In this document: one piece after another, positions 1 through 9,298 of the stretch
Numbering within the stretch: the stretch's first letter is position 1
How the letters are laid out: each line of letters begins with the position of its first letter
NCBI RefSeq assembly: GCF_000025685.1
Contig: NC_013967.1
Location: 1,890,001 to 1,922,000 of the forward strand
Length of the DNA: 32,000 nt
DNA from: Haloferax volcanii DS2
Lineage (GTDB): Archaea; Halobacteriota; Halobacteria; Halobacteriales; Haloferacaceae
Direction of reading: 5' to 3'
Notes under the pieces: model-generated
Databases searched by the model: none
What the model saw: the letters and a program-made list of their open reading frames with translations, nothing else
What the model was told of the DNA's origin: nothing
Program-made: the position numbers and the translations under genes

Positions 1-203
1 TCACCCCATGCCGATATCGAAAGAACAGATGAAGTCATGGGGGGAGGGAGGACCGGATCGGACCGTTCTGTGTGGCTCGTTCGACGGCGCGGTTACGGTG
101 ATACGACGGACACAATCAACTAACTACATCGATGCTCGCACCGCTATTCGCGTCTCGCACTCTCCCCCCGTGGTCTGGCGTGTCGCTCGGTCCCCAACGA
201 ACA

Positions 204-875
204 TCACCACCGACCGTCGATAGCGCGCTCGTACGCCTTCTCCGCTTGGTCGGCGACGCTGTCCCAATCGTACCGCTCGGCGCGTTTCGTCGGTTCGGTC
301 GGCGGCGTCTCGCCCCCGAGCGCTCGGGCTAACGACTCTGCGACCGAATCGACAGTCGGCTCAGCGAGATAGCCCGCGTCACCGATGACCTCACTCGCCG
401 CCGATTCGGGGTGTTGAACGCCGATAACCGTACAGTCGGCGGCCATCGCCTCGGCGTAGGTGATGCCGAATCCCTCTCGTGTGCTCGGAGAGGCGAACAC
501 GTCCGCGGCGCGCATCTGGCCCAACACGTCCTCGTACTCGTCGAGGAATCCAAGCAGGCTCACGCGGTCGGCGTGGTCCAACGAGTCGGCCTGTCGTTCG
601 AGGCGGTCGGCCTCCGGGCCGTCGCCGACGACGCCCAGCGTCACGTCGTCGTAGTCGTCGGCCACGCGGTCGAACGCGTCGAGGAGGACGGAGACGTTCT
701 TGTCGGCGATGAGTCGCCCGGCGAACAGCACGTCGAACGAGTCGCCCTCGTCGGGGAGCGGCGCGTTGCGAATCTGGTCGACGTCGATGCCGTTCGGGAC
801 GACCTCGATCGTGTCCCTGTCCCGGCCGGTATCGGCGAGGCGGTCGGTGTTTTTGTGAACTCGCGGTGTTTCCAC
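204..875 (-). CDS. Glycosyltransferase family 4 (GT-B), C-terminal Glycos_transf_1 half only; truncated or split gene
   Basis: 223-aa ORF (GTG start) begins at the VVPNGID start of a GT4 C-domain. It has FAGRLIADKN and the E-x7-E motif REGFGITYAEAMA. The frame is closed upstream by TAA at 903-905, so no N-terminal Rossmann half is present. Confidence 0.6.
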   Translation of the reverse strand: METPRVHKNTDRLADTGRDRDTIEVVPNGIDVDQIRNAPLPDEGDSFDVLFAGRLIADKNVSVLLDAFDRVADDYDDVTLGVVGDGPEADRLERQADSLDHADRVSLLGFLDEYEDVLGQMRAADVFASPSTREGFGITYAEAMAADCTVIGVQHPESAASEVIGDAGYLAEPTVDSVAESLARALGGETPPTEPTKRAERYDWDSVADQAEKAYERAIDGRW

Positions 876-934
876 GTCGCCTGAATCGCCTCTCAGTAGT
901 CGTTACCTACACGACTACTGTCGAAGTGCCGTAC

Positions 935-1897
935 TCATCCGTCTTTCACGGGGACGGGGAATTTGTAGTCGTACGCCATGAGCGTATTCGAGCGTCGGAG
1001 GTCGTCGAGGAACGTTCGTGCATCGTAGTCACGAAGACGAATATACAGACCCGAGCCGTCTTCGATGCCCTTCTGTCTGACTGCGTAGTTGTCGTAGCCC
1101 AGTCGGTCGACCTCTGACTGGAGATGTTCGACGCACGACTCGGGAAAGCCGTGGGTCGCAAAGGAAACGCGCGGTGCGCCGCTGTCACGGATTGAGCAGT
1201 TCCCGTCGCCCCAGTACCAATGTAGGAGTGCTGTCTTGTCGAGGTGGAAGTCCTCCGGGACGATTTTTCGATTGTTCTTTTCGTCCCTGACTTCGTACCA
1301 CTCCTCGTACATTCGTTGGAGACGTGGTTGCGGTCGTGACGTGACTATCCACGAAGTGTAGTCTTCGTCGGTAAACTGATTCAGCCGAGTGAACGAGTTC
1401 GGCTGGGACTCCGGGAAGAACCCATCGGGAAGCTTTGTGATTAGTCGACGTGCGTGCTCCTCCGTCGTCGTCGAGAGTTGGAAGAAACACGACCCATCAT
1501 ACCGTGAGTGCAAGCACCCATCGCCGAGTAGTTCGCCTTGAATAACCGACACCTGGGATGGACTCAGTCCGATATCAGTAGTTTTCGGGAGTGAGATGGG
1601 ATCGGCACCCGCTTTTTCAAGGTGGAATCGGATTGCGACTGGGGAGGTGTCGTATCGGTCCGCAAGCGTCTGGAGGGAACTCCGACGCTCGTACGCTTCA
1701 ACCAGTTCCTCTCTTCGGTTCGCTAACTGCGTGTACGCCGGACCACCATTTCGCATTGTGACATCGTGGTCCTGTAGACGGCGGTGAATCGTCGGTGCAG
1801 AGACATCGAAGACCTCCGCAATCTCACGGAGCGACTGTCCCGCTTCATAGCGCTCAATGAGTTCGTCAACTCGCTCGTCGAGCCACTCGTACCGCAT
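935..1897 (-). CDS. Free-standing double-motif LAGLIDADG homing-endonuclease-like protein with two N-terminal HTH modules
   Basis: 320-aa ORF. Two LAGLIDADG-type motifs, VIQGELLGDGCL (aa 118-129) and LLHWYWGDGNC (aa 224-234), lie ~105 aa apart, as in monomeric double-motif enzymes. Two repeated HTH-like modules sit at the N-terminus (SLREIAEVFDVSAPTIHRRL; SLQTLADRYDTSPVAIRFHL). Confidence 0.7.
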   Translation of the reverse strand: MRYEWLDERVDELIERYEAGQSLREIAEVFDVSAPTIHRRLQDHDVTMRNGGPAYTQLANRREELVEAYERRSSLQTLADRYDTSPVAIRFHLEKAGADPISLPKTTDIGLSPSQVSVIQGELLGDGCLHSRYDGSCFFQLSTTTEEHARRLITKLPDGFFPESQPNSFTRLNQFTDEDYTSWIVTSRPQPRLQRMYEEWYEVRDEKNNRKIVPEDFHLDKTALLHWYWGDGNCSIRDSGAPRVSFATHGFPESCVEHLQSEVDRLGYDNYAVRQKGIEDGSGLYIRLRDYDARTFLDDLRRSNTLMAYDYKFPVPVKDG

Positions 1898-2175
1898 CCG
1901 TCAGGCCCCCACCGAGGACGTTTGGTAGTCGTAATTCTGTTCAACAGACTCTTGTCGATCTCTATCTGAGTTGCTCATGCTTCGTCTTGGGCGAAGCACG
2001 GGGCGGTGTCTCCAGCACCGTCCTCTCCGTTGAGGCGACCCGTGCTTCTCGAGAGATGCTACGGATGGCGGCTATTTAGAAGTTTTGCTTAGCAAAATGC
2101 TTGGCAAACAGTTGGGCTATGTGCTTGGTGAATTGCTGGGTATTATGGGTACGGAGTCAGAACTGCGCACCATAC

Positions 2176-2412
2176 ATGGTCAACGAACGCTACGAACCGA
2201 ACGAACGGGAGGAAGTCGTCCTCGAGTTATTCAAACAGGGGCGACGTTCTGGATCACCGTGGGGTCGTGTTAATCCGCTCTATCTGCGTGAGCACTCGGA
2301 TTTGGAAAAGGGTCAGGTCGAGTACGCGCTTCGAAATCTGACGAATGCCGGTTGGATTACGCAATTGAATCAGGGTGGGTTGTATGAGTTGGTGGAAGAT
2401 CCGCGGGATTGA
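2176..2412 (+). CDS. Small winged-helix DNA-binding protein (hypothetical; plasmid/provirus-type)
   Basis: ORF 2101..2412 starts with TTG and has an implausible Cys/Trp-rich N-terminus. The internal ATG at 2176 gives a 78-aa acidic protein whose wHTH-like core is EKGQVEYALRNLTNAGWITQLNQGGLYELV. Confidence 0.5.
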   Translation: MVNERYEPNEREEVVLELFKQGRRSGSPWGRVNPLYLREHSDLEKGQVEYALRNLTNAGWITQLNQGGLYELVEDPRD

Positions 2413-2436
2413 TTTTTGTTGGCCGCGTTGATTACC

Positions 2437-3654
2437 TCACACGTAACCTAAGGCTTCTAGGTGCTCTGTCTGTTCCTCAGAAAGTTCGACAGAGTCCTCA
2501 CTCCGGACGAGTTCATCGCTTAATTCTTTTTGAGCTTCTTGAAGCGAGATTGTCGTATTCCCAAATTTCTCCCAATCTCTTCCCCAGAATTTAAGCCCAG
2601 AAACCAGCTCACTAATTCCAGTTGTGCTCCGAGCGGGTGGTGCGTAGTCGCCGAGGAATACGTCATAACCGTAGTATGCCATCCTAAGTAACTTAGATCG
2701 TCGATGCTTCACCCAGCCCCCATCATTATCCCATAAACCGGAAGCAACGTAGACGGGAAGTTCTCTACCGAATGCATTGTACCGCTGCCAAACATCACTC
2801 CTAACACGTCGATCTTCATCCGGCGTCTCTGCCCAGAGGTCAATGCCATCTACGTGGCCAATCTCTCGTCCAACCGCTGAAAGACAAGTCGGTGCTAAAT
2901 CAACTCCTGATGCGACCCCGCTAAGTGTCTCTCCCTTTGGGATTCCTTTGCCAATGAAGGTCATTGGGACTTCGAGTAGTTCAGGGCAAAGAGGCGTTGA
3001 GTGGCCCCACTTTCCTCCCAATCGACCACCTTCACCTAACAACTCCCCATGATCCGACGTGAATACACAGAGTGTATCTTCACGAAGTCCCAGATTTTCT
3101 AACTTGTCTAATATCTCTAAGAAATAATTTGCTGACTTTTCAGCATCGTTTTGGTACTTCTGCTGTAGATCTTTTGGATCGTTGTAATCCCTAAAATAGG
3201 GGCCAGTTTCGTATTCGTCGTTTTCGAAGCCGTAGGGTGCGTGGGGACCGAGATCATGGACAACATGAACAAATGGCGGTTCAATATCAGCGAGCTTCTG
3301 TTCCCCATCTAGTCGAAGCATTTTGACCGGGGGCTTCTCACTTGATTCAAATTTCAACCAGTGTTTCTCAGAGTCAAACCCAGCATCCCAGTCTTCCTGT
3401 TCAGATAATAGGGGTGGACGTTGCGGAAGTCGGTCTTCGAACATCCAAACATTGTGACTTGATGGATACTTCCCGGACATCAACGATGGAATTGAAGATG
3501 CTGTCCAAGGTGCTGCAGCGATTGTTTTTATCGTTAGACCCTTTGAGCGGATTCTTTCAGGGAGTGCATCATACCTGAGTGAGTCAGAAATAAATATAAA
3601 TACATTTTCAAAACCCGATTCGCCTGACAGATTTGAAATTGGCCCCGTAATCAT
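2437..3654 (-). CDS. Alkaline-phosphatase-superfamily (sulfatase-like) protein lacking the C/S-x-P-x-R formylglycine motif
   Basis: 405 aa, AT-rich codons. N-terminal metal-site strand VFIFISDSLRYD, nucleophile region WTASSIPSLMSGKYP, then GPHAPY and TSDHGELLGEGG...WGH, typical of the sulfatase/phosphotransferase fold. Confidence 0.8.
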   Translation of the reverse strand: MITGPISNLSGESGFENVFIFISDSLRYDALPERIRSKGLTIKTIAAAPWTASSIPSLMSGKYPSSHNVWMFEDRLPQRPPLLSEQEDWDAGFDSEKHWLKFESSEKPPVKMLRLDGEQKLADIEPPFVHVVHDLGPHAPYGFENDEYETGPYFRDYNDPKDLQQKYQNDAEKSANYFLEILDKLENLGLREDTLCVFTSDHGELLGEGGRLGGKWGHSTPLCPELLEVPMTFIGKGIPKGETLSGVASGVDLAPTCLSAVGREIGHVDGIDLWAETPDEDRRVRSDVWQRYNAFGRELPVYVASGLWDNDGGWVKHRRSKLLRMAYYGYDVFLGDYAPPARSTTGISELVSGLKFWGRDWEKFGNTTISLQEAQKELSDELVRSEDSVELSEEQTEHLEALGYV

Positions 3655-3836
3655 ATGTATTCGCTTATCTGGAGATGTGAAAAGCTTGATGGGAATCAGT
3701 AGTTGTTTGTTTGATACCTATTATTCATTAGTTAATATAATGTACATCACCGCATCAATTGCCCTTGGTTAGTCCTCTGACTTGAACAGGAGTCACAGTT
3801 AGATTGTTATGGGTGAACATTAATTGAATAGATGAT
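3655..3836. promoter_or_regulatory. AT-rich divergent promoter region between the two sulfatase-like paralogs
   Basis: 182-bp very AT-rich spacer between two divergently oriented start codons, with several TATA-like runs (ttagttaatataatg, cattaattgaata). Confidence 0.4.
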
Positions 3837-4727
3837 ATGATTGGGATATCAAGGGAGAACGTCAGTACACTTTGGCAGCGCCCAAGACGGATAATTCCAT
3901 TCCTGATTCGGAAATATAACTACGCAACTAACGACGTCACATACAATGAAGATGGTGTCGACATATTTGAAGAAGACTGGGATAACTTGGTGATTCTTGA
4001 TGCGTGCCGGTATGACTATTTTCAGTCTGAGTCTAAGTTAAGCGGTGATACCTCTTTTCGATTCTCGAGGGGTGCTATGAGTTCGGAATTTATCACGGGT
4101 AACTTTGCGAATAAAAAGGTTCATGACACAATCTACGTCTCAGCAAATGGCTTTTACCCTACATTGAAAGATGAGATAAACACAGAAGTATACCAATATA
4201 TTGACTTACCACGGGATGCAGCAGACAATATTACTACACATCCAGAGACAGTAACTAAAGCTGCAATTGAAGCAAATGACGACAATCCAAATAAGAGGCT
4301 CATCATTCACTATCTCCAACCCCACCAACCATACATAGGTGAGTTTGGACGCTCCAAATTTGAGTTCGAGGGAAATTTGAAAGATTCAATGAGAAAAAGT
4401 CAGGTGACCAAAGAAGATGTGCGAACGGCATATACTGAGAATCTGAATATAGTTCTTGACGAAGTCGCTATATTAAACGAATCCCTTGATGGGAAAACAG
4501 TTGTAACTGCGGATCATGGCGAAATGTTAGGTGAAAAAATCGGGCCATTTGAGCTATATGGTCATTTCCAGGGAGTATACCGAGACGAATTAGTTAAAGT
4601 TCCATGGCATGTGTTAGAATATGACTCCAGAAGAGATATCATCGCTGAGGAGCCAGTTTCGGATATGGTGGATTTAGATGACAAAGAACTCAATCAACGC
4701 TTGAAAGACTTAGGATACAAAGTATAG
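3837..4727 (+). CDS. Alkaline-phosphatase-superfamily (sulfatase-like) protein, shorter paralog
   Basis: 296 aa with [34 protein letters not shown] and [11 protein letters not shown]...YGH. The C-terminal tail [11 protein letters not shown] parallels EHLEALGYV of the 2437..3654 protein. Confidence 0.75.
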
Positions 4728-4728
4728 T

Positions 4729-5808
4729 ATGTCTAGTGACTACTCGAACATCTCTGAACTCATAGAGGAGGAGTACAATAATAGCAAAAGTGTTGGAATC
4801 TTTGTATCAAGATTTGACAAATCTGAAGGGGTGGGAACAGTAGTGAATCGACATATTAGTGAGTTGAATGATGCAGGGATTGATGTTACTCTCTTTGCGT
4901 ATGAACAGGTGGACGAGATTGCTGAAAAGAAGGTTGTTAATGTGAGTTCTAGTCTAACCGGCAATAATACACTAAATAAACTCATATCTTCGATGAATCC
5001 GCTAAAGTGGTTGAGTTTATCTAGCGAATTGAAGAAACTAGATTTGTTGATCGTACACCAACCAATTCTTTGTTCAATAGCTTATTACGCACAAAAAATC
5101 CATGACATAGACACCATCTATTACAATCATGAAGTAACCCGTCCCGAAGATAAAGTTGGGACTATTCAAAGAATATATGGATACACATTGTTTCAAATCT
5201 ATCTTCACATTAGTTCAAGACTCGATCAAATTGTTTCAGTTAGTAAATACAGTCAACAGGAATACTCCCGGAGGTTTGACCGTCAAGGAATGGTTATTCA
5301 TAATTCGATAGACCATGAGATGTATAACCAATCCGTAGACGGCTCTAGAATTCGTGAGAAATATGATCTTGAAGATGACCCATTGGTGTTATTTGTTGGT
5401 CGGATCGCAAAGTCAAAAGGAATCCATAGATTAATTTCTGTGTTCGAGGACGTTTCAAAGACAATTCCCGATGCTACCTTAGTCATTGTTGGACGCCCAG
5501 ATAATCAGGGATATTATCAACGTGTCAAAGTCCTAAGCAAAAGCGTCGATCAACAAATAATTTTTGCGGGAATTGTTCCAGAAGAAGATCTACCTGCTTA
5601 CTATTCCGCTGCTGACTTGTACGCGACATGTTCAATCAAAGAAGGATACAACCTCACAATCGCGGAAGCTGAGGCATGTGGAACACCGACAATCGCATTC
5701 GATATCGGTGCTCACTCCGAAGTCATGAATGATGGCGTTTTAGTTCCAAAGGACAACACTAGCTTATTTAAAGAGGAGATGGTTAGCCAACTCACTAAAC
5801 AAAGGTAG
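4729..5808 (+). CDS. Glycosyltransferase family 4
   Basis: 359 aa with [12 protein letters not shown], a VIVGRPD block and the E-x7-E motif [17 protein letters not shown]. The ATG lies 1 nt after the upstream stop (TAG at 4725-4727), suggesting an operon. Confidence 0.85.
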
Positions 5809-5896
5809 TGGTTCTGCTCACGTTGCTATATTTTAAATATCCCAGATCTTGATGCCCTATTGTTTATATGATAACACCTGTAAGGTGCAACAGACA

Positions 5897-6775
5897 ATGC
5901 TGGATGACCTATCAATTATAATTGTTAATTACAAGTCCGAGGAAGATATCAAAAATTTATACTCAAGAATTTCAGGTGTGGCTGAATTTGTAGTTGTTGA
6001 TAATAGTTCGTCTAGTGAATTGAGGCAGTGGTGTAGTCACGACGACATACATTATATTGATTCAGGAGGAAATCATGGATATTCTGGTGGGAATAATATG
6101 GGGATTAGATATTCACTTGATGAACTCAATCGTGAATCAGTCTTGGTCCTAAACCCTGATCTTGAGATTAATAAAGAAGATATTCGGGAACTATACACCA
6201 TACATCAAAGTACAAACTATTCAATCATCTCACCAAGAATTCTAAATCGAGAGGGCATACCAGTCAATGAGTCTCCAACTCCAGAGGGAACTCTCTTCCG
6301 CTCTATTGGTCTTCTTCCAGCTTTACCGGGAAAGGAACACAACCTCAAACCAGTTGATCACGCACATGGTTCCTGTATGATGATAAGCGAATCAGTTTTC
6401 GAACAGATTGGATATCTGAATGAGTCATTTTTTATGTACTATGAAGAAATTGAGTTTTGTTACAGAGCTCGGCGAGAGAATATCAACATAGGACAGTGCC
6501 AAGTGGTAGATGCAATCCACAATCAACCAGTAGACCAAACGAGGTTTGAATCATCTTACCAAGTCTACCTTGACTTCAGAAATCGATTCTTGGCTTCAAA
6601 TTCTATATTTTCAAAAAGCATTGACCGCATTCAATACACTACTCTTTCAATACTAATCTCAGGTTGGATGGTCGTAAGAATGCTATTTGAAAAGAAGATC
6701 GAATACATAGCTCCTGCAATATTCGGAGCCCTGCACGGTATCCAAAACAGAACAGGGAAACCAGAACGGATGTGA
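5897..6775 (+). CDS. Glycosyltransferase family 2 (rhamnosyltransferase-like)
   Basis: The ORF track starts at TTG 5849. The ATG at 5897 gives MLDDLSIIIVNYKS, followed by VVVDNSS, LVLNPD and GSCMMISESVFEQIGYLNESFFMYYEEIEFCYRA, typical GT2 (WbbL-like) blocks. Confidence 0.85.
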   Translation: MLDDLSIIIVNYKSEEDIKNLYSRISGVAEFVVVDNSSSSELRQWCSHDDIHYIDSGGNHGYSGGNNMGIRYSLDELNRESVLVLNPDLEINKEDIRELYTIHQSTNYSIISPRILNREGIPVNESPTPEGTLFRSIGLLPALPGKEHNLKPVDHAHGSCMMISESVFEQIGYLNESFFMYYEEIEFCYRARRENINIGQCQVVDAIHNQPVDQTRFESSYQVYLDFRNRFLASNSIFSKSIDRIQYTTLSILISGWMVVRMLFEKKIEYIAPAIFGALHGIQNRTGKPERM

Positions 6776-6790
6776 CCTTCAGACAAGTAT

Positions 6791-7792
6791 CAGTACCTCA
6801 CAAAGCATCCTCGGCTAGCTGTTTCTGAAGCCTGAGTTCTGTGTCGGAGCGGTTGCATTGACGGTCTCGACGGGAGAATCATGGACGAATCGGTGGAGAG
6901 CTGTCGCTGTCGGCGGCGGTCAGCCGCTGACGCGACAGCGTCGCCACTCACACCGCTGGCTAGCCCGGTCAAGAGTTACCGGCTAAACCGGTCGTCTGGT
7001 GGCCGGTTCGCGGGGACGGCCCGACGCACCGCGAGGGCCGTCCACGCTGCCCGTCGAATCATGTTGGTGAATTCCTTGTACGACCACTCCCAGAGGCGAC
7101 GCCCGCCTCGGCGGGGCGTCGCCACGTACTCCCAGTGCAGATACCGCCACACGTTCTGTAACAGCAAACTCACCACGACGTACAACAGCCGTACGACCGG
7201 ATTCTGTGTCGTAGTCGTCGCAATCGTTTGCTCGGAGAGTCGGTAGCTCGCCTCGATACCGAAGCGTTTCGCGTAGTGGTATCGAGCGTCTCGTGGTGAG
7301 TTGATGAACGGCGCGTCAGCGGCGTAGCCGTGACGCGCCACGCCATGTTCGTCGTACCGTCCGTTCTGGTAGGTACAGTCGATGTAGACGGGAAACTCGA
7401 CGGTCCAGCTGTGACCGTCGAGTTTCGCTGTCAGACTGTGCTGAATCACGCGACTCCACCCTTCTGAGAGTTCTCGCTTGATCGTTCGTCCCCAGCGGAC
7501 GATCGGCATGACGTACGCGTGGTTGTGCGCCTGAAGCAGCGTCAAACACTTGCTGTCGTAGAATTCGCGGTCAAGATAGACGGCCTTGACACCGAGGTCA
7601 AGGCCGTCGAGAATACCGAGGAACTCTGCGAGGACACTGCTGGCGGTGTCGCCGTCTTCGAGACGGCGCACCGCCAGCGTGTAGCGTTTGTTCTTCACGC
7701 GTGCGTACAGTGTCGCGTACGCGTGGAACGCGGTGGTTCCACGCTTTGCTTGGGAGTGATAGAGACCGTCCGTGTCGTCTTCGTCACCATAG
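6791..7792 (-). mobile_element. Truncated ISH3/ISH51-like insertion sequence (left IR plus transposase 3' two-thirds)
   Basis: Starts with the terminal repeat CAGTACCTCACAAAGC also found at both ends of the full copy at 12354..13776. It is colinear and near-identical to 12377..13378 and ends abruptly at the left IR of the IS4-like element. Confidence 0.85.
6976..7791 (-). pseudogene. DDE transposase, N-terminally truncated (ISH3/ISH51-like)
   Basis: The 240-aa ORF-track product differs at 9 positions from residues 149-388 of the 12561..13727 transposase. The frame stays open up to base 7791 (YGDEDDTDGLYHSQAKRG...), but the first ~120 codons and the start are missing. Confidence 0.8.
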
Positions 7793-9234
7793 CATGCGTT
7801 CTAGTTTAGCAGAGAATGCGGTCGCTGTTTGTTGATTAGATATCGTCGCAACTACCCGGTTGAAGAACCCGGTGGATGATGTGTACTCACCACCGGACTC
7901 GGTAGTTGTTGACCGGATTCAAAGAGCGTTTCCCTCTGATGAGTTGCGCGAGCGCGCTCGCGCAACGAATCTCGTCCAACGAGAGCGGAAATTCGACATC
8001 GTTGCGCTGTTCTACACACTCTCGTTTGGCTTCGCTGCTGGCTCAGACCGCTCTCTCCAAGCATTTCTCGAACGCTACGTCGAGATGGCTGACTGTGACG
8101 AACTCTCCTACGCATCGTTCCACGACTGGTTCGAACCAGGATTCGTTGCACTCCTTCGAGAGATTCTCGATGACGCAATCGAGAATCTCGATACCGGACG
8201 AGAAGATTTGAACGGCCGTCTCGAACGCTTTCGAGACGTCCTCATTGCTGACGCAACCATCGTTTCGCTGTACCAGGACGCCGCTGATATCTACACAGCA
8301 ACCGGCGACCATCAAGCCGAACTGAAACTTCACCTCACCGAATCTCTCTCGACTGGGCTCCCGACACGATTCCGGACAACCGATGGGACGACTCATGAAC
8401 GGAGTCAGCTACCCACCGGTGAGTGGGTAGCTGACGCCCTCATCTTGCTCGATTTAGGCTTCTACGACTTCTGGTTGTTCGACCGAATCGACCAGAACGG
8501 CGGGTGGTTCGTCTCCCGGGTGAAGGACAACGCGAACTTCGAGATCGTCGAAGAACTGCGAACGTGGCGAGGCAACAGCATTCCGCTGGAAGGAGAGTCA
8601 CTGCAGGCCGTCCTTGAGGACCTGCAGCGACAGGAAATCGACGTACGCATCACGCTTTCATTCGAGCGCAAACGAGGGTCGGGCGCCAGCGCGACCCGGT
8701 CGTTCCGATTGGTCGGCCTGCGTAACAAGGAGAGCGAAGAGTACCATCTGTATCTGACGAATCTGGCGAGAGAAAGCTACAGCGCGCCCGATATCGCGCA
8801 GCTCTATCGGGCGCGCTGGGAGGTCGAACTGCTGTTCAAGGAGTTGAAGTCGCGGTTCGGCTTGGACGAGATCAAGACGACCGACGGCTACATCATCGAG
8901 GCGCTGATCATCATGGCCGCAATTTCGTTGATGATGAGTCGTGTAATCGTGGATGAGTTACGGTCGCTCGAGGCAAGACAGCGAGAGGGCGAAGCCGCCG
9001 CAGACGCCGACTCGTCGGCGTCGCGGCTCCCTCGGCGTCGCTGTTCGCTCGCCGTGGAACGCCACGGTCATCTGATCCAGTTGTATCTCATGATCGAGTT
9101 GGGCTACGAACTGCCGGATTTGGACGAGCTGTTGCTGTGGGCGTCACGAAATCCAAATCCACACAGAGATCGGTTACGTGAGCAGGTTGAACGAGGTGAG
9201 TTCGGCTTTGATCGCTACTAAACTAGAACGCATG
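7793..9234 (+). mobile_element. IS4-superfamily insertion sequence with 17-bp perfect terminal inverted repeats
   Basis: CATGCGTTCTAGTTTAG at 7793-7809 is the exact reverse complement of 9218-9234. The 1442-bp element carries one transposase ORF. No flanking direct repeat is visible. Confidence 0.85.
7860..9221 (+). CDS. IS4-family DDE transposase
   Basis: 453 aa with the C-terminal Y-x2-R-x3-E-x6-K signature in LYRARWEVELLFKELKS, plus LLDLGFYDF and VSRVKDNANFEI blocks. The start is ambiguous (TTG 7860, GTG 7872 or 7881). Confidence 0.85.
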   Translation: MKNPVDDVYSPPDSVVVDRIQRAFPSDELRERARATNLVQRERKFDIVALFYTLSFGFAAGSDRSLQAFLERYVEMADCDELSYASFHDWFEPGFVALLREILDDAIENLDTGREDLNGRLERFRDVLIADATIVSLYQDAADIYTATGDHQAELKLHLTESLSTGLPTRFRTTDGTTHERSQLPTGEWVADALILLDLGFYDFWLFDRIDQNGGWFVSRVKDNANFEIVEELRTWRGNSIPLEGESLQAVLEDLQRQEIDVRITLSFERKRGSGASATRSFRLVGLRNKESEEYHLYLTNLARESYSAPDIAQLYRARWEVELLFKELKSRFGLDEIKTTDGYIIEALIIMAAISLMMSRVIVDELRSLEARQREGEAAADADSSASRLPRRRCSLAVERHGHLIQLYLMIELGYELPDLDELLLWASRNPNPHRDRLREQVERGEFGFDRY

Positions 9235-9298
9235 AGGCTACAACAAGATTAATGTTGCCTTGTTGATCACCTGATGATAGGCGATCGTATTGAGGACA

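Noticed and set aside
1-203. ORFs 8..223 and 132..332 at the window start
   Set aside because: Basic, S/R/T-rich translations with no motifs. One overlaps the GT 3' end. The region is more likely intergenic or the edge of a feature outside the window.
6881-7246. Plus-strand ORFs conserved between the two ISH51-like copies (6881..7246 and 12427..12831)
   Set aside because: They are conserved only because the IS copies are near-identical. They are antisense to the transposase 3' end and R/S-rich, with no independent coding evidence.
8126-8139. CTGGTTCGAACCAG palindrome containing a GGTTCGAA tRNA T-arm-like string
   Set aside because: It lies inside the IS4-like transposase CDS (codes DWFEPG), with no acceptor or anticodon arms around it. 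It is not a tRNA.
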